Notes under the pieces: model-generated | The model's database searches: none | What the model saw: the letters and a program-made list of their open reading frames with translations, nothing else | Told to the model about the DNA's origin: nothing | Program-made: the position numbers and the translations under genes | Part shown: positions 23,901-35,539 of the stretch, piece by piece | Numbering within the stretch: the first letter of the stretch is position 1 | How the letters are laid out: every line of letters begins with the position of its first letter | Assembly: GCA_032718475.1 (NCBI GenBank) | Contig: JAUCBJ010006637.1 | Location: 62,001-126,000, forward strand | DNA: 64,000 bases | Reading direction: 5' to 3' | Origin: Nemertoderma westbladi | Lineage: Eukaryota; Animalia; Xenacoelomorpha

Positions 23901-26900
23901 ATTATTATTATTTATATTTTGATCTATTAACTTTAAGAACTGTATCCCGTTTTAACATATGAACTGCATACCGATTATTGAAAGTGTTTATAATTAATTA
24001 TTTTTTTAATGTTTAATTATAGATTTAAATTGAATGAATTTATAATAAATAAATTAATAAATAAAATTACAAGAGCTGCAATTGTGATACAAGAGCTGCA
24101 ATCGGGATACAAGAGCTGCAATTGTGATACAAGAGCTGCAATCGGGATACAAGAGCTGCAATCGGGATACAAGAGCTGCAATTGTGATACAAGAGCTGCA
24201 ATCGGGATACAAGAGCTGCAATCGGGATACAAGAGCTGCAATTGTGATACAAGAGCTGCAATCGGGATACAAGAGCTGCAATTGGGATACAAGAGCTGCA
24301 ATTGAGATACAAGAGCTGCAATTGGGATACAAGTGCTGCAATCGGGTTACAATAGCTGCAATTGAGATACAAGTGCTGCAATTGGGATACAAGAGCTGCA
24401 ATTGGGATACAAGAGCTGCAATTGGGATACAAGAGCTGCAATTAGGATACAAGAGCTGTAATCGTTTTACAAGAGCTGCAATCGGGATACAAGAGCTGCA
24501 ATCGGGTTAGCAGAGCTGCAATCGGGATACAAGAGCTGCAATCGGGTTACAAGAGCTGCAAATGGGATACAAGAGCTGCAATTGGGATACAAGAGCTGCA
24601 ATAGGGATACAAGAGCTGCAATCGGGTTAGAAGAGCTGCAATTGGGATACAAGAGCTGCAATTGGGATACAAGAGCTGCAATTGGGATACAAGAGCTGCA
24701 ATTGAGATACAAGAGCTGCAATTGGGATACAAGAGCTGCAATTGGGATGTGCACAAACGAATGAAAATCCCACCGATGTCTATATTTAGCATTGGTTTGA
24801 ACATTCATCCGGGCAACAACTCCCACGTCATAGATTCATTCGCAGGTGAACTAGTGAGATGTGCCATGTATAATAATTAGATAACAGACCCCCTATTCAA
24901 TCCGTGTGTCAACCTTTAGGATAAAAGCACTCATAGCGATGTTAACTAACTAGTACTTATTCCTTGATCTTCATTAAACAACGTACAGTGCAGTTGAAGA
25001 GTACAGATCTCCTGTTAGACTAATATGATTCAAGATAACTAACTTAATGGTCCATTTCTACCATTCTTCTTTCGCCTCAAATAGCTACAATAATAAAAAT
25101 AACCGGAAGTTTGAAACCTAGGTACCTAGTTCAAGCCCAAATAGGGTCGGTAAAAAATTATCGCTATAGAGAGCATTTTATCTAACTGTACATTATCATA
25201 CATTATTATATAAATAATAAAGATTCCCTGGTTGGTGGACATTACCATGTCAGGGCGCTACAGTAGAAACTGTCAAGGAACATTGCGAGTTGGTAAACAA
25301 CAAATTATACTGATAGACCTTTCGACTTAAGGGCCACATTTCAATAACTTACTGTATCATTGTACTTACCGCATAACATGGTGTTGTGTAATATGACAAA
25401 TTGTAACAAATTTATGTGGTAAGCTAAAATCTAGGAGTGCGTGTACCGATAACTCTATAATAAATATTTGTTATTTCCAATACAGATCGAAATAGGCCTA
25501 GAAATAAAGTAAAGAATAAAGTAAAGAAAGAGATAATGATGTGTGGGGGCAAGTTAGTTTCAAACAAGTGCGAAATCGCTTAAGGGTCCGCGTCTACTAA
25601 CGCGTGAACCTACCTAATACAAAACCAACAAATTCACTGGAAACGGGGATTGAACTCGGTACTTAGAGATTCCAAGTCCAACGCTCTACCAACTTCGCCT
25701 CTGCGCCTTATGAAGCCTTATAAAGCTAACACCGTACTGGAAATTAACGACACCAACAACGGAATTAATACTAGACCTAAAAATCGTTCAATAACAAATC
25801 AATTTCAATCATAAACTCCTGGTTGCATTTTAAAATCGGAAAATTATCACAAATCGATAGTTTGAATTCGAATCCCAACCAAATACTTTTAATCATGCAT
25901 AAGTTAGTCTCGTGAGACAAAATTGTCATAAAAGCGCACCAGGTCTCTATTTACATCGTTGTGTGAAATAGTGAAAAGTAGTACTTTATGTACCGAGAGA
26001 ACGCAGCGAGGGAGGAGTAGTGTAGGATAAAGTAGTACTTTATGTACCGAGAGAACGCAGCGAGGGAGGAGTAGTGTAGGATAAAGTAGTACTTTATGTA
26101 CCGAGAGAACGCAGCGAGGGAGGAGTAGTGTAGGATAAAGTAGTACTTTATGTACCGACAGAACGCAGCGAGGGAGGAGTAGTGTAGGATAAAGTAGTAC
26201 TTTATGTACCGAGAGAGCGCCGCGAGGGAGGAGTAGTGTAGGATGAAGTAGTACTTTATGTACCGACAGAACGCAGCGAGGGAGGAGTAGTGTAGGATAA
26301 AACAGTACTTTATGTACCGAGAGAACGCAGCGAGGGAGGAGTAGTGTAGGATAAAGTAGTACTTTATGTACCGAGAGAGCGCCGCGAGGGAGGAGTAGTG
26401 TAGGATGAAGTAGTACTTTATGTACCGAGAGAACGCAGCGAGGGAGGAGTAGTGTAGGATAAAGTAGTACTTTATGTACCGACAGAACGCAGCGAGGGAG
26501 GAGTAGTGTAGGATAAAACAGTACTTTATGTACCGAGAGAACGCAGCGAGGGAGGAGTAGTGTAGGATAAAGTAGTACTTTATGTACCGAGAGAGCGCCG
26601 CGAGGGAGGAGTAGTGTAGGATGAAGTAGTACTTTATGTACCGAGAGAACGCAGCGAGGGAGGAGTAGTGTAGGATAAAACAGTACTTTATGTACCGAGA
26701 GAACGCAGCGAGGGAGGAGTAGTGTAGGATAAAGTAGTACTTTATGTACCGAGAGAACGCAGCGAGGGAGGAGTAGTGTAGGATAAAACAGTACTTTATG
26801 TACCGAGAGAACGCAGCGAGGGAGGAGTAGTGTAGGATAAAGTAGTACTTTATGTACCGAGAGAGCGCCGCGAGGGAGGAGTAGTGTAGGATGAAGTAGT

Positions 26901-29900
26901 ACTTTATGTACCGAGAGAACGCAGCGAGGGAGGAGTAGTGTAGGATAAAACAGTACTTTATGTACCGAGAGAACGCAGCGAGGGAGGAGTAGTGTAGGAT
27001 GAAGTAGTACTTTATGTACCGAGAGAACGCAGCGAGGGAGGAGTAGTGTAGGATAAAGTAGTACTTTATGTACCGAGAGAACGCAGCGAGGGAGGAGTAG
27101 TGTAGGATAAAGTAGTACTTTATGTACCGAGAGAACGCAGCGAGGGAGGAGTAGTGTAGGATAAAGTAGTACTTTATGTACCGAGAGAACGCAGCGAGGG
27201 AGGAGTAGTGTAGGATAAAGTAGTACTTTATGTACCGAGAGAACGCAGCGAGGGAGGAGTAGTGTAGGATAAAGTAGTACTTTATGTACCGAGAGAACGC
27301 AGCGAGGGAGGAGTAGTGTAGGATAAAGTAGTACTTTATGTACCGAGAGAACGCAGCGAGGGAGGAGTAGTGTAGGATAAAGGAGTACTTTATGTACCGA
27401 CAGAACGCAGCGAGGGAGGAGTAGTGTAGGATAAAGGAGTACTTTATGTACCGAGAGAACGCAGCGAGGGAGGAGTAGTGTAGGATAAAGTAGTACTTTA
27501 TGTACCGAGAGAGCGCAGCGAGGGAGGAGTAGTGTAGGATAAAGTAGTACTTTATGTACCGACAGAACACAGCGAGGGAGGAGTAGCGTGGGATAAAGTA
27601 GTACTTTATGTACCGAGAGAGCGCAGCGAGGGAGGAGTAGCGTGGGATAAAGTAGTACTTTATGTACCGAGAGAGCGCAGCGAGGGAGGAGTAGTGTAGG
27701 ATAAAGTAGTACTTTATGTACCGACAGAACACAGCGAGGGAGGAGTAGCGTGGGATAAAGTAGTACTTTATGTACCGAGAGAACGCAGCGAGGGAGGAGT
27801 AGTGTAGGATAAAGTAGTACTTTATGTACCGAGAGAGCGCAGCGAGGGAGGAGTAGCGTGGGATAAAGTAGTACTTTATGTACCGAGAGAGCGCAGCGAG
27901 GGAGGAGTAGTGTAGGATAAAGTAGTACTTTATGTACCGACAGAACACAGCGAGGGAGGAGTAGCGTGGGATAAAGTAGTACTTTATGTACCGAGAGAAC
28001 GCAGCGAGGGAGGAGTAGTGTAGGATAAAGTAGTACTTTATGTACCGAGAGAACGCAGCGAGGGAGGAGTAGTGTAGGATAAAGTAGTACTTTATGTACC
28101 GAGAGAACGCAGCGAGGGAGGAGTAGCTAGGGATAAAGTAGTACTTTATGTACCGAGAGAGCGCAGCGAGGGAGGAGTAGTGTGGGATCACGTAAATAAA
28201 CGAACCGTGAATTACGCTGGATAGGTTAATGTGTGTCTTAATCGGCGTACTCAACGCTTAATTTATAGGTTTATGTCCGTTGCAGTTACTACAACAACCG
28301 TATGGTAAACAATTTTACGCATAATAAACCACGGATATCATGAAGGAGTTGTAAACTATAATTTTAAAGGCTTAACGCTTCGGGTTTCATTCGCTTTTAA
28401 TATTGCAATATGTTGTTTAGTTACAAGCAGGGGGGTGTTTCAACTCTGAATCACATAACATACCAAAAAGTAAAGGTTTTTGGGCCAAAATTATAAAAAT
28501 ATATATTTTTGTTGATTATTGAAATTAATTACCTTAATTATTGTGGTCTTACACGCAAAGTTATTATTGTTACCGTGGCTGTTTGTTAGTTACCCTTGGA
28601 AACGAATATATATATGGCATTGAATTGGAATACGCCAAAACTATAATCCGTAAAATGAACAAATGTGTCACAAATAAAGATTGACATACCAAATATTTCG
28701 AGATTCCACAACTACCGTTCTATAGGAATGGCCTGGTAACGCTAAGCTCTTACTATACTCCCTCTGGGAAACATATTTATTAATCGATAACCGGAAAATA
28801 ACAACAATCATGGGTTGCCTCCACGGAATGCAATCTGTTGATTGCGAATTATTGGTATTTGTTAATAAGGGCTGCTACTCTCACGGCTCACCGCTGCTAC
28901 ACTCACGGCTCACCGTTGCTACCCTCACGGCTCACCGCTGCTACTCTCACGGCTCACCGCTGCTACACTCACGGCTCACCGCTGCTACACTCACGGCTCA
29001 CCGTTGCTACCCTCACGGCTCACCGTTGCTACCCTAACGTCTCACCGCTGCTACCCTCACGGCTCACCGTCGCTACCCTAACGCCTCACCGTTGCTACCC
29101 TAACGTCTCACCGCTGCTACCCTCACGACTCACCGCTGCTACTCTCACGGTTCACCGTTGCTACCCTAACGCCCCACCGTTGCTACCCCCACGGCTCACC
29201 GTTGCTACCCTCACGGATCACCGTTGCTACCCTCACGGCTCACCGTTGCTACCCTAACGCCTCACCGTTGCTACCTTAACGCCTCACCGTTGCTACCCTA
29301 ACGCCTCACCGTTGCTACCCTAATGCCTCACCATTGCTACCCTCACGGCTCACCGTTGCTACCCTAACGCCTCACCGTTGCTACCCTAACGCCTCACCAT
29401 TGCTACCCTAACGCCTCACCATTGCTACCCTAACGCCTCACCGTTGCTACCCTAACGCCTCGCCTCACCGTTGCTACCCTAACGCCTCACCATTGCTACC
29501 CTAACGCCTCACCGTTGCCACCCTAACGCCTCACCATTGCTACCCTAACGCCTCACCGTTGCTACCCTAACGCCTCACCGTTGCTACCCCAACGTCTCAC
29601 CCTGCCACCACCATGACATTGCGGTTGCATCCTGTATGTATATTCGTCTAGTCTCATCATCACGAGAAGGTGGTTATGCAACAAAAATATCTACGTTACG
29701 TTATTGGTTTGCTTGCTGGATATTTTGAGTTTCACCGTGGTAGTGCGAGTCTCAAAACGCGGAAACAATGACATTTTGAGTTTCCCCGTGGTAGTGCGAG
29801 TCTCAAAACGCGGAAACAATGATATTTTAGCTTCTACTCTACAATTATGAGAACCTGTTGCATTGGCCTCACTTAAATATGTTTCTGTCTATTCTCCCGT

Positions 29901-30826
29901 CATTATAATACAATAGTTATAAAGTCAACTTACCTTCACTGCTCGTTGAGACCGTGTATATGATTAAAATATATTTACAAAACAAAAAGTTACAATGCCA
30001 ATAATAATTAATACAGTAATCTCTCTAATCTGGCAGAATTATTACCTTTCTATACATAATAACGGTGTAATATCCAAGTCACTGCCTTTGTATAATAAAA
30101 CCGTAATATTCGAGTACATTAAGAGATACAATATTTGGGCGATTCTTCTTCGCATCAACATGTTACTGGGCTACCCGCAGTAATGCAAGACTTATATACC
30201 GGTAGGAACGTGACAATCTGCTACGTTCCCTTTAGTTTACAGTATAGGTTCGCCGTTGGGGGTTGCTACATCGCTATGCAGTGCCAACCCCTCCCATATA
30301 TAGAGTTACTCCTCCCATCACATTATTGCCAGTGCAGACTCCCCATATCTTACCCAAGAAAACAAGCTGTAACGTGTCACTCATGTACTGAACCAATGCA
30401 AACTAGCGATTTAGGCCCTTCCGCTTATCTGATGACTGAAACCTCCAAGATTTGGTGTTGAACCAATTCTTACTAACAACGTAGCGGCGTTGTGCTAATG
30501 TTTCTATGGCACTAGGCTGACAACCAATAGCACACCTATTTGTTACCATGCTTCACTTTGCACTGTGGAGCCCGCCTTAATTATATGCGGAACTCCTATT
30601 GGTTAGGGTATTTGTTAGGCTGGTGTTGCACCTTGTGCCTTATGAAAAGGTAGTAACTTACAGTCTTTATTAAAAAAAAATATAATAATACTTACTGTAG
30701 TTATTACGTATTAAAAGATAATAAAGATAATTACGTTTTAATGTTGCAACTCAACATATGATAATAAGAACTTACCTGCGGGTGATGGTTTCTCGCGGGA
30801 AGTGCAGCTCAGTATTGAATAACTCT
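17932..30826 (-). CDS. Candidate unidentified multi-exon gene; exons 28154-28256, 25370-25423, 17932-17989 plus upstream exon(s) ending at 30776 and/or 29934
   Basis: GTAAGT donors after 30776, 29934 and 25370; phases chain 1>2>2>0 without stops giving ..LSTPIKTHINLSSVIHGSFIYVIPHYSSLAALSRLPHKFVTICHITQHHVMRVPFKLGLYDLRLINYLMNK; no homology recognised, start and stop not found. Confidence 0.3.
18055..18428 (+). repeat. 66-bp tandem array (~5.6 copies) of a dispersed element 3' end
   Basis: GAATCGGGAAGCCTCGAAGGATCTC at 18055, 18121 etc.; monomer at ~11744-11812 and reverse copy at 40932-40964. Confidence 0.95.
19020..19125 (-). mobile_element. Degenerate SINE body (Nin/Deu-domain-like)
   Basis: GGTCCTCATTTTATCGAC..GAATGAAAATCTGA resembles the antisense of the recalled Nin-domain motif GGTACTCATTTTACCGAC..GGATGAAAGGCTGAGT. 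Confidence 0.35.
19117..20265 (+). repeat. G-rich strand-skewed pentamer-based satellite (GAGCT/GGGCT/GGGACT)
   Basis: ~1.15 kb of GGGGCTGAGCT and GAGGTGGGACT units. Confidence 0.97.
20256..20320 (+). pseudogene. tRNA-derived/SINE head
   Basis: A-box TGGCTCAGTTGG (20261) and B-box GTTCGAGCC (20306) at tRNA spacing; acceptor stem not convincing. Confidence 0.45.
21013..23558. repeat. 21/19-bp minisatellite GAGATACAAGAGCAG(TG)TAAT
   Basis: Over 100 units of two interleaved lengths. Confidence 0.98.
24068..24748. repeat. 20-bp minisatellite GATACAAGAGCTGCAATTGG, ~34 copies
   Basis: Exact period 20 visible in line alignment. Confidence 0.98.
25636..25707 (-). pseudogene. tRNA-derived/SINE head
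   Basis: Minus strand GGCGAAGTTGGTAGAGCG...GAGTTCAATCCCC (A and B boxes); acceptor stem does not pair. Confidence 0.55.
25976..28188. repeat. 54-bp minisatellite, ~41 copies
   Basis: GTACTTTATG at 25981 and 26035; unit AAGTAGTACTTTATGTACCGAGAGAACGCAGCGAGGGAGGAGTAGTGTAGGATA. Confidence 0.98.
28871..29603. repeat. 22-bp minisatellite CTCACCGTTGCTACCCTAACGC
   Basis: ~33 copies with left-to-right variant gradient. Confidence 0.97.
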
Positions 30827-30879
30827 TAAATTGTACTTTAGTAAAGTGTTGCAATTGTACCTTAACACATCAACTACTA

Positions 30880-31170
30880 CTATAATCGGTCTGCTGTTAG
30901 TATTGCAGTTGCACATTGAGATGCTATGCTGGCTTAACAAAAAATTTGTGCCACTTGGCTTTTTGTAATGCAGCTTGCATTTAGAATGCTATGCTGACTT
31001 ATCGACAAATTGCGCTGCCACAACCGCTTACCCCCCATGTTTCGCGAAATTATCCGCATTTTCAAGGCCAGTGTCCTTTAAGAGGCGTCTTAAGAAAGTC
31101 ATGGGCTGTCAAAGCACAAGATTGTGCCCAGGTTGGGTTAGCCCTCGCGGCGAAAGCAATGTCTTGCGAA
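30880..31170 (-). mobile_element. Diverged 3' fragment of the RTE-like LINE
   Basis: TCAAGGCCAGTGTCCTTTAAGA.GCGTC..AAGAAAGTCATGGGCTGTC and CGGCGAAAGCAATGTC match ~2008-2136. Confidence 0.85.
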
Positions 31171-31372
31171 GTGCGTTTAAGACAGTTCCTATAACCTGTA
31201 GCAGCTTGATCTAGTGGTGACGTTCCTGGCCTTCCATTTAGGAATCCCTGGTAGATCCCTAGATGGGACAGCACTGTTTGGGCACTGTGCTTTAAATCTT
31301 TAAATGCTTCAGCCTAGCCCAACCCTGGCTTTGATCCTTCACTGGTCGATAAATGGGAACCAATGCGACGTG

Positions 31373-32482
31373 GGAAACAGAGTGGAACGTGGAAGGGTTT
31401 GATGTTCAAGATCACCCTTGGTGGTGAACAGGAATTCCTTTTGGGAAACATAGTGGAAGGGTTTACTGTGGAAGAACACCCATGGTGGTGAACAGGCATT
31501 CATTTAGGAAACAGAGTGGAAGGGTTTGCTGTGGAAGATTACCCATGTTAGTGAACAGGTATTCATTTAGGAAACAGAGTGGAAGGGTTTGCTGTGGAAG
31601 ATCACCCATGGTAGTGAACAGGCATTCCTTTAGGAAACAGAGTGGAAGGGTTTCCTGTGGAAGATCACCCATGGTGGTGAACAGGCATTCGTTTAGGAAA
31701 CCGAGTGGAAGGGTTTACTGTGGAAGATCACCCATGGTGGTGAACAGGCATTCATTTAGGAAACAGAGTGGAAGGGTTTGCTGTGGAAGATTACCCATGT
31801 TAGTGAACAGGTATTCATTTAGGAAACAGAGTGGAAGGGTTTGCTGTGGAAGATCACCCATGGTAGTGAACAGGCATTCCTTTAGGAAACAGAGTGGAAG
31901 GGTTTCCTGTGGAAGATCACCCATGGTGGTGAACAGGCATTCGTTTAGGAAACCGAGTGGAAGGGTTTACTGTGGAAGATCACCCATGGTGGTGAACAGG
32001 CATTCATTTAGGAAACAGAGTGGAAGGGTTTGCTGTGGAAGATTACCCATGTTAGTGAACAGGCATTCCTTTAGGAAACAGAGTGGAAGGGTTTCCTGTG
32101 GAAGATCACCCATGGTGGTGAACAGGCATTCGTGTAGGAAACCGAGTGGAAGGGTTTACTGTGGAAGATCACCCATGGTAGTGAACAGGCATTCCTTTAG
32201 GAAACAGAGTGGAAGGGTTTCCTGTGGAAGATCACCCATGGTGGTGAACAGGCATTCGTTTAGGAAACCGAGTGGAAGGGTTTACTGTGGAAGATCACCC
32301 ATGGTGGTGAACAGGCATTCGTTTACGAAACCGAGTGAAAGGGTTTACTGTGGAAGATCACCCATGGTGGTGAACAGGCATTCATTTAGGAAACAGAGTG
32401 GAAGGGTTTGCTGTGGAAGATCACCCATGGTAGTGAACAGGCATTCCTTTAGGAAACAGAGTGGAAGGGTTTACTGTGGAAG
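31373..32482. repeat. 63-bp minisatellite (~17 copies) with 4-unit (252-bp) higher-order period
   Basis: GGAAACAGAGTGG at 31507 and 31570; variant TTACCCATGTTAG recurs every fourth unit. Confidence 0.97.
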
Positions 32483-33597
32483 AGCACCCAGCCGCCCAGT
32501 GAAAAGTGTGCAAGCGTATCGCAAGCGTGCAACGCAGGCGTATCTGATATGATTTGATGTTATGGCCGACCTTTTACGCAAGCGACCTACTTGAGTTATG
32601 TCGCATAAATATCGCAACAACTTGCTTTCAGTCGCATAAAACTCACATGCGATTCACTTGCGACTTCTATGCGTCATGACGCATTTATTATCGCTAAAAA
32701 TTCATTGAAATGGAAACCATAGCTAAATCGCTATATCTCCAAAAGTAAACAAAATGATAAGCAAAAATAATTAAACAATAATAATTATTAAACCCCGATG
32801 CCAATATGAGAGTCGAAAAGGGAATAAGGGAATAAAAGTCTATCAAAATATTTGACATTAAAATTTTTTTTACATTCCCGTTGCCATGGTAATAAGTATA
32901 ATGAAAAATTTGAATAATTGTCATTCAATTCTATAAAACACCGTTTTGCTCGGTTTGTCAGTCTGAATATTAAGTTAAAGTTACCAACATTATATTTTAT
33001 CAATCGTCAATTGTGAATCATATTTGTAAAGGTCATAAAGTGCCAATAAACAAAACTGTCCAATCAGAGAGCAAGACCTGTGATAACATGATTTTTAGTT
33101 TCTAGAATATTAAATTTTGGTGAGCAATTATGGAAACGGGATTGAAAAATAATATACCTTACAAATATTTTGATAGACTTTTATTTCCTTAACTCACCTG
33201 TCAAATCTCAAGAACAGAATCCCCCTTCATCTTGAATTACAGACCCCGCAAAGTTTGAACTTTGTACCCGGTTAACTTGACAACAAAATAAAAATTCCAG
33301 AAAGACATTTTATAACATTTCTATGAACCCTAGTCATCATTTCCACCTAACAAAAGTAGCACATAAGAAGTTTCCAAGGAAATATTATGAAAATAGTGCC
33401 ATAAATAGAGAAAAGATCGGCCCACGCTAATTTCAGCTATCCCGCTCGCTGCACGACCTGTTATTTAGTATACCTTGATTATATATAACTTTTATTTTGT
33501 TAATAAAGTTTTTCGTATAATAATGATAATACTAACAAACAGTTTTTGCAATTGGTGTCGCGATGCTGAAAATTTTGCGTTCAAAAACATTCCTTGG

Positions 33598-34362
33598 GTA
33601 ACCGATGTCAAAATCCGTGTGTGACGTTCCGTTCGTAACTTATGTCAAAATCCGTGTGTAACATAACTGAGTATTCCGTGTGTAACTGATGTCAAAATCG
33701 CGTGTAACATACCTGCGTGAGTATTCCGTGCGTAACTGATGTCAAAATTCGTGTGTAACGTTCCGTGCGTCTGCGTGAGTATTCGGTGCGTAACTGATGT
33801 CAAAATTAGTGTGTAACGTTCCGTGTGTAACTGATGTCAAAATCCGTGTGTAACATACCTGAGTATTCCGTGTGTAACTGATGTCAAAATCGCGTGTAAC
33901 ATACCTGCGTGAGTATTCCGTGCGTAACTGATGTCAAAATTCGTGTGTAACGTTCCGTGCGTCTGCGTGAGTATTCGGTGCGTAACTGATGTCAAAATTC
34001 GTGTGTAACGTTCCGTGCGTCTGCGTGAGTATTCGGTGCGTAACTGATGTCAAAATTAGTGTGTAACGTTCCATGTGTAACTGATGTCAAAATCCGTGTG
34101 TAACATACCTGAGTATTCCGTGTGTAACTGATGTCAAAATCCGTGTGTAACATACCTGAGTATTCCGTGTGTAACTGATGTCAAAATCCGTGTGTAACAT
34201 ACCTGAGTATTCCGTGTGTAACTGATGTCAAAATCCGTGTGTAACATACCTGAGTATTCCGTGTGTAACTGATGTCAAAATCCGTGTGTAACATACCTGA
34301 GTATTCCGTGTGTAACTGATGTCAAAATCCGTGTGTAACATACCTGAGTATTCCGTGTGTAA
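33598..34362. repeat. ~47-bp compound minisatellite (GTAACTGATGTCAAAATCCGTGTGTAACATACCTGAGTATTCCGTGT)
   Basis: CTGATG at 34081 and 34128; degenerate on the left, homogeneous on the right. Confidence 0.95.
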
Positions 34363-34649
34363 CATTCGCTCCCGTAAACTACCGCTCGGTGTACATTCGC
34401 TCCCGTAAACTACCGCTCGGTGTACATTCGCTCCCGTAAACTACAGCTCGGTGTACATTCGCTCCCGTAAACTACCGCTCGGTGTACATTCGCTCCCGTA
34501 AACTACCGCTCGGTGTACATTCGCTCCCGTAAACTACCGCTCGGTGTACATTCGCTCCCGTAAACTACCGCTCGGTGTACATTCGCTCCCGTAAACTACC
34601 GCTCGGTGTACATTCGCTCCCGTATACTACCGCTCGGTGTACATTCGCT
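34362..34649. repeat. 31-bp minisatellite, ~9 copies, abutting the previous array
   Basis: ACATTCGCTCCCGTAAACTACCGCTCGGTGT at 34362, 34393 etc. Confidence 0.96.
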
Positions 34650-35539
34650 ATTGTATTGTCTTCTAATTTCAGTCGAGATTTTTTTCATGTGTAAGGCTGG
34701 CTCGTAATACGAGTTTGCTTTTTTTCAATGAAATGTTCTTGAATTTGCGATACTTTTTTCGATAAATCTGGCGAGAATACATATATTTATGTTATACATT
34801 AGTAGAAAATTATCTCTCTACCTTGAATAACCCGAAATACATGAACCAACAAACTTTTGTCAAAGTATTGGTAGGCCTACATTTAGTCAGTTCGTACATA
34901 ACGATACTTTTCTTGGTAAAAATCTTGAACACATCGGGCAGTGATCCATTTTTTTTTATTTTTTAAATTTTATACTATAAAAAGTATTGCAGGGATAAAT
35001 CATAATTTTGAGTCTAAAACCGTCAATCAAATTCCGTAACGTAACATGTTTTTTTTAATAAATGCCCAACGAGACTCGCGTAGCTCAGCCGCTGTTCAGG
35101 GCCAAATTACTGGCTGGTCAGTCTGACAGTGCTAGACATATTAACTGCGGGGGGGGGGGGGGGTGGGGGTTGGGTGGAGAGGGGGGGGGGGGGGGGGATC
35201 CAGTAGTGTTTTAAACCACTTTTTTTTACATTAGGGTATGTGCTGTCCTGGCTCTGGGGTATGGTAATAACTGCCAGATTATTATAGTAAACACACAAAT
35301 TTCAAACAAAAAATGATATTCATTATATATTTATTATTACAAAATTATAATTGTTAATTATTATGCTAAGGAACAGAGTTATAATGAAATAAGACAGTCA
35401 AAAATTATTACAAACTAAGCCATTAACGGCAGCCGAACTGTACAATAGCTATACTGTAGCAACAGTGTAGCACTAATAGCCTACAACTACGTTCACTATT
35501 TATTATATATATACTATACAAGCTATATTTCGCCAGCTA

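Noticed and set aside
25636-25707. Functional tRNA-Pro(TGG)
   Set aside because: Acceptor and anticodon stems do not pair; same problem at 20256-20320 and 58545-58635.
31482-32552. 356-aa repeat ORF
   Set aside because: Confined to the 63-bp satellite; no splice or homology support.
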